A DNA stretch of 64,000 nt from Candidatus Dadabacteria bacterium (GTDB lineage Bacteria > Desulfobacterota_D > UBA1144 > Nemesobacterales > Nemesobacteraceae): contig JAJEGO010000014.1 of the NCBI GenBank assembly GCA_022819805.1, positions 6,521 through 70,520 of the forward strand. The letters run 5' to 3'. Shown here piece by piece: positions 8,839-15,459 of the stretch; position 1 is the stretch's first letter, and each line of letters starts with the position of its first letter. The notes under the pieces are model-generated. The model was not told the DNA's origin, searched no databases, and was given only the letters and a program-made list of their open reading frames with translations. The position numbers and the translations under genes were made by a program.

Positions 8839-9771
8839 ATGTTCTCCGTGGATAAGACTCGCCGGACAGGACACCTGCTCACAGAAAAAGTAAACCCGAG
8901 AACGGTCAATATTGACGAACTTTCGTGTTCGGAAATCATCGATCTTATAGGTGGTGAGGACCGGGAGGCTTTTGAGGCCGTCTCCAGAGAAAAGGGCTCC
9001 ATTTCACGGGCGGCGGAAATGGTTTTCCGCTCACTTGAATGCGGCGGCAGAATTTTTCTCGTCGGGGCGGGAACAAGCGGGCGCCTCGGGGTGATGGAAG
9101 CCGCCGAATGTCCGCCGACTTTCGGGACGGATCCCGAAAGGGTGCAGGCGGTTATGGCGGGAGGGCGAGACGCGGTATGGAATTCGGTTGAGGGTGCTGA
9201 GGATTCCGCAACGGCTTCGGTGGAGACTCTTCGGGGCAAAAAACTCTCAGAGGACGACGTGACTTTGGGAATCGCGGCAAGCTCCGGGACGCCGTTTGTG
9301 ATATCGGCCCTTGAATACGCGCGGACAGTCGGCTGCGCTACCATACTTATAAGCTGCAGCGAGCCGGAGAACGCCCCGGCCGACCTGGTCATACCCCTTC
9401 TCGTCGGTCCGGAAGTGATAGTGGGCTCAACGAGGCTCAAGGCCGCGACCGCGACCAAGATGGCACTTAACATGATTACGACGGCCGCCATGGTGCTCCT
9501 CGGAAAAACTTACGGGAACCTGATGGTTGACCTTAAACCCACGTCCTCAAAACTTGCCGACAGGGCAAGGAGAATCATAATGGAGATATGCGGTGTGGGG
9601 GAAGAAGAAGCCGCCTCGCTTTTCAGGGAAGCAGGCGGGAACCTCAAAGTTGCCGTGGTAATGAAACTCGGGGGTCTCTCGCCTGAAGAATCTGTCAGTT
9701 TGCTAAGAGAGAACGGCGAATCCTTAAAGAAAACCCTTGCAACCATATCCCCCAGAATGGGAAATCCGTAA
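8839..9771 (+). CDS. murQ: N-acetylmuramic acid 6-phosphate etherase MurQ (SIS domain)
   Basis: The N-terminus LTEKVNPRTVNIDEL and the SIS motif IFLVGAGTSGRLG are typical of MurQ. About 300 aa. Confidence 0.85.
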   Translation: MFSVDKTRRTGHLLTEKVNPRTVNIDELSCSEIIDLIGGEDREAFEAVSREKGSISRAAEMVFRSLECGGRIFLVGAGTSGRLGVMEAAECPPTFGTDPERVQAVMAGGRDAVWNSVEGAEDSATASVETLRGKKLSEDDVTLGIAASSGTPFVISALEYARTVGCATILISCSEPENAPADLVIPLLVGPEVIVGSTRLKAATATKMALNMITTAAMVLLGKTYGNLMVDLKPTSSKLADRARRIIMEICGVGEEEAASLFREAGGNLKVAVVMKLGGLSPEESVSLLRENGESLKKTLATISPRMGNP

Positions 9772-9887
9772 TCTGGACGCTTGTCAAACCGCAAATCGAC
9801 CGCTAAGACGATTCCCCATGGTTTCCGTACAATCATTCATTCCAAGGTTGCTGGCTCCAACTATCCAGGCTGCGTTAGAGGATACAG

Positions 9888-9990
9888 AAGTGCAGATCGA
9901 GGACTTTATCTGAGTTTGTGCTTTTTCGGTTGCGGCGTTGAAAGAGACCTCGGTCAGCGGGTCTCGGGAGCGACCCTTTCCCTTTGCTAC
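9888..9990 (+). pseudogene. Chimeric remnant: a roughly 25-37 bp anmK-like fragment fused to a roughly 65-bp nagZ-like fragment
   Basis: The core 9891-9912 (gatacagaagtgcagatcgaggactttatctg) matches anmK 10155-10186 (gataccgaagtgcggatcgaagactttatctg); including flanking bases the match extends to about 9885-9912. 9923-9990 (ttttcggttgcggcgttgaaagagacctcggtcagcgggtctcgggagcgaccctttccctttgc) matches nagZ 11445-11510. Both matches have only a few mismatches. Confidence 0.5.
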
Positions 9991-10036
9991 GGAATGTTCC
10001 TGCCCAAGACCAGTTTCATCAGGTAGCTTTCTCTCC

Positions 10037-11224
10037 GTGAACTGGCTTCGTCCGATAATTTCAAAAAAGGAAAAACTCATCATCGGACTCATTTCCGGGA
10101 CTTCAATGGACGGTATTGACGCGGCGCTGGTGAGAATTCGCGGCTCGGGAGAAGATACCGAAGTGCGGATCGAAGACTTTATCTGCCGGGAGTATTCCGA
10201 TGCCGCGAGGAGGCTTCTTCTCTCAATCGGTTCCCTAAACGCCGGTTCCCTTTCCGACCTCAATTTCCTCCTCGGCCGGGAGTTTGCCGCCGCAGTCTTT
10301 GATCTTCTCAGCAAAGCATCCCTGAAAACGACCGACGTGGATCTTGTGGGCACCCACGGCCAGACGGTTTTTCACAATCCGCCCTCTCTCGGGGGGGATA
10401 TTTCTTCAACTCTTCAGCTCGGCGAAGCTGACGTTATATGCGAGGCAACGGGAATTACCACCGTGGGAGATTTCAGGACGAGGGACATGGCGGCTGGCGG
10501 AGAAGGTGCTCCCCTTATGCCCTACGTGGATTACCTGCTGTTCTCTGGAACCGGGAAGAACATAATCGCCCAGAACATAGGGGGTATTTCCAACTGCACT
10601 TTGGTTGCGGGGAAACCCAGGGAGCTTCTGGCGTTCGATACGGGCCCCGGCAATTCCCTGATCGATTCGGTGGCGCGCCTTGCATCGGGAGGCGAGAAGA
10701 GCTTTGACGAGGACGGTGCGATGGCAAAGCAAGGTTCGGTTAAAGAAGATCTCCTGCGCAGCCTCATGAAAAATCCTTACTTCGACATAGAGCCCCCTAA
10801 ATCGACCGGCAAGGAGCTTTTTGGAGAGGAAATGGTCACAAGGCTTTTTCTGCTTGTAGAAAAAAAGGACATCTCCCTGCCCGATCTTCTGCGCACGCTT
10901 GTCGAATTTACCGTCTGTTCCATAGTCTCGGCCTACGAAAGATTCATCTATCCTCGCGCGGATGTGGAGGAAGTGATACTGAGCGGAGGTGGTGCCCGAA
11001 ACCCTCTCATGGTTTCCAGGCTTCGCGAAAAACTCGCTCCGACGCGGCTTCGGCTTTCGGATGAATACGGTATTCCCGCGGATGCCAAGGAAGCCGTGGG
11101 ATTCGCGGTACTCGCGAATGAGACCGTGTGCGGGAACCGGGCCAACGTGCCGGAAGTCACGGGAGCCCGAGACTCCACGGTTCTGGGGAAAATCTCAATC
11201 GGGAAGAATATAGTAAATGTATGA
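10037..11224 (+). CDS. anmK: Anhydro-N-acetylmuramic acid kinase AnmK
   Basis: GLISGTSMDGIDAALV N-terminal signature. The start is probably GTG at 10037 (VNWLRPIISKKEKLIIG), because no ATG lies in frame upstream of the signature. About 395 aa. Confidence 0.85.
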   Translation: MNWLRPIISKKEKLIIGLISGTSMDGIDAALVRIRGSGEDTEVRIEDFICREYSDAARRLLLSIGSLNAGSLSDLNFLLGREFAAAVFDLLSKASLKTTDVDLVGTHGQTVFHNPPSLGGDISSTLQLGEADVICEATGITTVGDFRTRDMAAGGEGAPLMPYVDYLLFSGTGKNIIAQNIGGISNCTLVAGKPRELLAFDTGPGNSLIDSVARLASGGEKSFDEDGAMAKQGSVKEDLLRSLMKNPYFDIEPPKSTGKELFGEEMVTRLFLLVEKKDISLPDLLRTLVEFTVCSIVSAYERFIYPRADVEEVILSGGGARNPLMVSRLREKLAPTRLRLSDEYGIPADAKEAVGFAVLANETVCGNRANVPEVTGARDSTVLGKISIGKNIVNV

Positions 11225-11285
11225 GAATCCGGCAGTTTTCTCGTCAAAAGATCTCACCGCGCCCCGTCGCTCGGCGCAGTTTATT

Positions 11286-12734
11286 ATGCCGAGGATCGAT
11301 TTTCGAGATCCCGATTCCGTCAGGAGGGCGGAACTCCTCGTGCGGGATTTCTGCGTCTGCGGTTTCATAGTATTCAACGGGGAAGTTGAGCAGGTGAGGG
11401 AAACCACCGGTAGGCTTGCGTCCTTGTCCGAGTTCCCGCTTCTCTTCGGTTGCGACGTTGAAAGGGGCCTCGGTCAGCGGGTCTCGGGAGCGACCCTTTT
11501 TCCCTTCGCGATGGCCCAGGGGGCGATGGACGACGAGGAGGCCCTGAGACGCCAGGCCGTTATAACCGCCCGGGAGATGAAGTACTGCGGCCTTAACCTT
11601 GGTTTTGCCCCCGTTCTTGACATAAATACCGAGCCCAAAAACCCGATAATAAACGTGAGGGCGTTCTCAGATGACCCCGCGGTCGTTTCAAGACTGGGAA
11701 GCGTCTTCGCGGAGACCCTGCAGAAAGAGGGAGTGCTTGCCTGCGCAAAGCATTTTCCCGGCCACGGCGCCGCCCTGGAGGATTCCCATGCCCGGCTCCC
11801 AAGCGTCGAAAGATCCTTAGAGCGTCTTATGGAATCGGATATTGCGCCTTTTAGAGAAGCGATTGCGAAAAGGCTTCACTGCGTGATGCCGGCTCATGTC
11901 TGTTTTCCCTCTCTTGACCCGCTCGGTGCCCCGGCCACCCTGTCAAAGCCGGTCCTGCACGGCCTCCTGCGGGAAAAACTGGGATTCAGCGGCTTGGTTG
12001 TTTCTGACTCCTTCAGGATGGACGCCTTGGGGGGAGAGGAGCGGGAAGAGGAAAACATTCTGGCCGCCATTGCAAGCGGGGTTGATATTGTTTTGGATCC
12101 CAGAGATCCCGAGGGCTTCCTTAAAAGATGCGCGGAGGAGGATTTTTTTCAGGATCCCGCCCGGGCAGAGTCTCTTTCCAGGATATTCTACGCGAAAAAG
12201 CTTTTCGCCTCGGGCGGCGAAGAAGAGAGCACGCCCGATTTTGAGAGAAACGCCGGAGAGGCAAGGGAAATTACCCGCCGCTCGGTCTGCGTTTTGCGAG
12301 GAGAAGCTCTTCGCGGCAGGAAAGTCTCAGTTTTGCATTTCGGTACGGAAGACACAGAAGAGCTTCTCGGCGGACTTTGCGGGGGGCTCTCCGAGGGGGG
12401 AGTGGCGGTGGAGAAGAGTTTTTCCTGGTCCGAGGCACCGGAGCTTCGCGACGATCGCCCGCTTGTATGCGTTTTATCAACCGCTCCGGCGGGCTGGACG
12501 GAAAACAGCGTTGTTCCCCGGGCTGTAATGGATCGCATAAAGGATTTCTCCTCTTTCTCGGGTGAAAAAGTCCTGATTACCTTCGGTTCCCCGTATCCTG
12601 CCGCCGGGTTTCCTTTTTTCGATACTGTTGTCTCGCTTTTTGATTCCTCGCCCACGGCGGGCCGGGCGGCTGCGGAGGTTCTCACGGGAGAGAGGTCTTC
12701 TGCGGCAAGGCTTCCGGTGAAAATAACGCTATGA
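11286..12734 (+). CDS. nagZ: Beta-N-acetylhexosaminidase NagZ (GH3) with a C-terminal extension
   Basis: GH3 motifs KHFPGHG, VMPAHVCFP and GLVVSDSFRMDALGG. The alternative in-frame start at 11217 overlaps the anmK stop. Confidence 0.85.
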   Translation: MPRIDFRDPDSVRRAELLVRDFCVCGFIVFNGEVEQVRETTGRLASLSEFPLLFGCDVERGLGQRVSGATLFPFAMAQGAMDDEEALRRQAVITAREMKYCGLNLGFAPVLDINTEPKNPIINVRAFSDDPAVVSRLGSVFAETLQKEGVLACAKHFPGHGAALEDSHARLPSVERSLERLMESDIAPFREAIAKRLHCVMPAHVCFPSLDPLGAPATLSKPVLHGLLREKLGFSGLVVSDSFRMDALGGEEREEENILAAIASGVDIVLDPRDPEGFLKRCAEEDFFQDPARAESLSRIFYAKKLFASGGEEESTPDFERNAGEAREITRRSVCVLRGEALRGRKVSVLHFGTEDTEELLGGLCGGLSEGGVAVEKSFSWSEAPELRDDRPLVCVLSTAPAGWTENSVVPRAVMDRIKDFSSFSGEKVLITFGSPYPAAGFPFFDTVVSLFDSSPTAGRAAAEVLTGERSSAARLPVKITL

Positions 12735-14473
12735 AGCTCTACGCCATAGACTGGATGCTTGTTGGTCTCTATCTGGTTTTTTCCCTGGGCGTGGGCTTTT
12801 ATTTTTCAAGAAGGGCGTCGGGGAGTCTTTCTGACTATTTCGTTTCGGGACGCGGGCTTCCCTGGTGGCTTCTTGGAACCTCCATGGTCGCCACCACTTT
12901 CGCCGCCGACACTCCCCTTGCCATAACGGGGTGGATAAGAACCGAGGGAATATGGAAGAACTGGTTCTGGTGGAACTACATCTTCAGCCACGCGCTCGTG
13001 ATAGTGGTTTTCTCAAGGCTCTGGAGAAGGGCGGAGGTGATAACCGACAACGAGCTCATAGAGCTTCGCTACGGGGGCCGCCCCGCGGCGTTTCTCCGCG
13101 GCTTCAAGGCGTTTTATTTCTCGACGATTTTCAATTTCATAGTCATGGGGTGGGTGATCACCGCCATGACCAAGGTGTTTGAGGTCTTTTTCGGAGTCGG
13201 GCAGATATACGCCGTTTCGCTCTGCGTCGGAATCGTGCTCGTCTACACGGTTTTCTCCGGGCTCTGGGGAGTCGTGATAACGGATTTCGTGCAGTACGCA
13301 ATAGCGCTGGGCGGCACGATCATACTCGCCGTTGTGGTCATAAATTCTGACGCGGTCGGAGGGTACAGTCAGTTCGTAAGCAAAATAGCGGAACTTCCCC
13401 CGGAGCAGACTTCCATGTTCATCACGCAGCCCACAGGCGGCGAAGAGTTTTTCTCTTCTGATTTTTTCACCTTCCTTGTCTTCATGACCGTCGTCTGGTG
13501 GTCTTCCCACAACGCGGACGGGGGAGGCTATTTCATACAGCGCCTGTGCTCCGCGAAGAACGAGAGACACGCGCTTGCGGGCACCGCCTGGTTCGCGGTT
13601 AACCATTACGTGCTCCGCCTCTGGCCCTGGGTCCTGGTCGCCTTGGCCTCGGTCGTGATCTTTCCCGAAGCGGCGGGGGTGACGGGCGGGGACGACGAGT
13701 CGATGTACCTTGTGATGATAAGGGATTTTCTCCCTCCGGGCCTTCGGGGCCTTCTGCTGGTTTCCTTTCTCGCGGCGTTTATGTCCACGGTCTCCACCCA
13801 CCTTAACTGGGGCGCGTCGTACCTCGTGAACGACCTCTACAGAAGATTCGTGCGCCAAAGCGCCCCGCAGGGTCATTACGTGCGGGTCTCAAGGATCGCG
13901 ACCGTCGTGCTTGCCGTCATCGCGGGCGTGGTGGCGCTTCAGATAAAGAACATAGGGGACGCATGGATATTTCTCTGGGCAATGAGTTCGGGAATCGGCC
14001 TCGTGCTGATACTGAGGTGGTTCTGGTGGAGGATAAACGCCTGGAGCGAGATAGTGGCGCTTGCCTCGTCGCTTGCGACCATACTGGTTTTGATTCTCTA
14101 CACAGAAGCGAAGGGAGTTCCGCTGGAACTGCGCCACCAGATACTTGTTGTTCCCGTCTCGATAACCTGCTGGGTTGTGGCTACTTTCGTTACCTCTCCC
14201 GAGTCCTGGGAAAAACTCTCGGCATTCTACTCGAGGGTAAGGCCCCCGGGCCTCTGGTCGCCTGTCCGGAAGAGGGCGGGGGTTGCGCCGCAGCGGGGAG
14301 TTTTTTCTTCGGTTTTTCTTAACTGGTCGCTTGTGGTGTCTTTCCTCCTCTGTTTCATGATAGGCGCGGGCAAGCTCGTTCTTGGAGACGGCGAAAGCGC
14401 GCTCTGGCTTCTTTCGGTCTCGGCGGTTGCGTTTCTCCTCATCCTGCGCCGTCGCCACAGTTTTTTCCGCTAA
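12731..14473 (+). CDS. Sodium:solute symporter (SSS/SSF) family permease
   Basis: 580 aa with about 13 TM helices. Start overlaps the nagZ stop (ATGA coupling). Confidence 0.8.
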   Translation: MKLYAIDWMLVGLYLVFSLGVGFYFSRRASGSLSDYFVSGRGLPWWLLGTSMVATTFAADTPLAITGWIRTEGIWKNWFWWNYIFSHALVIVVFSRLWRRAEVITDNELIELRYGGRPAAFLRGFKAFYFSTIFNFIVMGWVITAMTKVFEVFFGVGQIYAVSLCVGIVLVYTVFSGLWGVVITDFVQYAIALGGTIILAVVVINSDAVGGYSQFVSKIAELPPEQTSMFITQPTGGEEFFSSDFFTFLVFMTVVWWSSHNADGGGYFIQRLCSAKNERHALAGTAWFAVNHYVLRLWPWVLVALASVVIFPEAAGVTGGDDESMYLVMIRDFLPPGLRGLLLVSFLAAFMSTVSTHLNWGASYLVNDLYRRFVRQSAPQGHYVRVSRIATVVLAVIAGVVALQIKNIGDAWIFLWAMSSGIGLVLILRWFWWRINAWSEIVALASSLATILVLILYTEAKGVPLELRHQILVVPVSITCWVVATFVTSPESWEKLSAFYSRVRPPGLWSPVRKRAGVAPQRGVFSSVFLNWSLVVSFLLCFMIGAGKLVLGDGESALWLLSVSAVAFLLILRRRHSFFR

Positions 14474-14507
14474 GGGGTTCAGTATTTTCCTTTTCTGTGG
14501 TATATAG

Positions 14508-15128
14508 ATGGTTGCTATGGCGATTAACGTAAAAGTGCTCAAGCGGCCGCAACTCTCCTTCTGGGAAAAACTCTATATTCCCCAGGTGCTGAGGGGTCTT
14601 ATGATCACCATAAGGCATATAACGCATTTTCAGCCGATAACCGTAAAGTACCCCGAGGAAGTAAAGGCTCTTCCCGAGAACTACCGGGGACTTCACGTGA
14701 TGCCGGGCGATGACGAGGGGGAGATAAGATGCGTTGCGTGCAAGCTCTGCGAAATCGCCTGCCCCACCCAGGCCATCTCCATAGTCTCTGAACCTGCCGA
14801 CGACTACGGCATCGAGAGAAGGCCCAAGGTCTACAACATAGATTTCATGCGCTGCGTTTTCTGCGGCTTCTGCGTCGAGGCCTGCCCGTGCGACGCGCTT
14901 AGGATGGGTATGAAATACGAGCTTTCCTCCTACAACCGCGCGGGGCTCGTTCACACAAAAGAGGTTTTCTTCGACCCCAACATAAAAAGCGAGGCCCCTA
15001 GGGACAACGCGAACTTCCTTTACAAGATGCACAAGGGGGAGATACTCGATTCTCCAGAGGAAATCTCAAGAATAATGGGGCTAGACGGCACCTACTCAGA
15101 GAAACCCGACCCGCCTGCAGCCACCTGA
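14508..15128 (+). CDS. NuoI-like 2x[4Fe-4S] ferredoxin subunit (complex I subunit I family), stand-alone
   Basis: The N-terminus FWEKLYIPQVLRGLMITIRHI...PITVKYPEE and two CxxCxxCxxxCP motifs (CVACKLCEIACP; CVFCGFCVEACP) match NuoI. No other nuo genes are nearby. Confidence 0.7.
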   Translation: MVAMAINVKVLKRPQLSFWEKLYIPQVLRGLMITIRHITHFQPITVKYPEEVKALPENYRGLHVMPGDDEGEIRCVACKLCEIACPTQAISIVSEPADDYGIERRPKVYNIDFMRCVFCGFCVEACPCDALRMGMKYELSSYNRAGLVHTKEVFFDPNIKSEAPRDNANFLYKMHKGEILDSPEEISRIMGLDGTYSEKPDPPAAT

Positions 15129-15258
15129 TCAACTGTATTTTCTGCCGTTTTCTCACATGTCCCTTTAAGCGAGCCTTCCATCGTATGCGGAAATTGTGTC
15201 TTTGGGCCCCGTTTTTTGCCCGGTTCGTGACGTAAATATTCGAATTTACATGAATATA

Positions 15259-15287
15259 TTGACATTACCCCCTCATTAAACTACAAT
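15259..15287 (+). promoter_or_regulatory. Near-consensus sigma70-type promoter
   Basis: TTGACA at 15259-15264, 17-nt spacer, TACAAT at 15282-15287. It sits in an AT-rich stretch about 170 nt upstream of the giant autotransporter ORF. Confidence 0.5.
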
Positions 15288-15459
15288 ATGTTGTGTATGG
15301 AGGGGCGATTCAACCGGAGTTTCCCCTTAACGGATTAAATCGGAAGGGTTCTTTTCGTCTCAGGCATGCGTGTGTGTGCCGCGAGACCTAAATTATTGAA
15401 GAAAAGTCGGGTCGTCTTTTTTCGGATCCCCCGCATTCTTCATATAAAGACCGGCTAAC

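Noticed and set aside
11593-12685. Multiple alternative-frame ORFs (69-210 aa) within nagZ
   Set aside because: GH3 motifs define the correct frame. The others are GC-skew artefacts.
13013-13876. 287-aa minus-strand ORF antisense to the SSS permease
   Set aside because: The plus-strand translation has the expected TM periodicity. The antisense one is an Arg/Glu/His-rich artefact.
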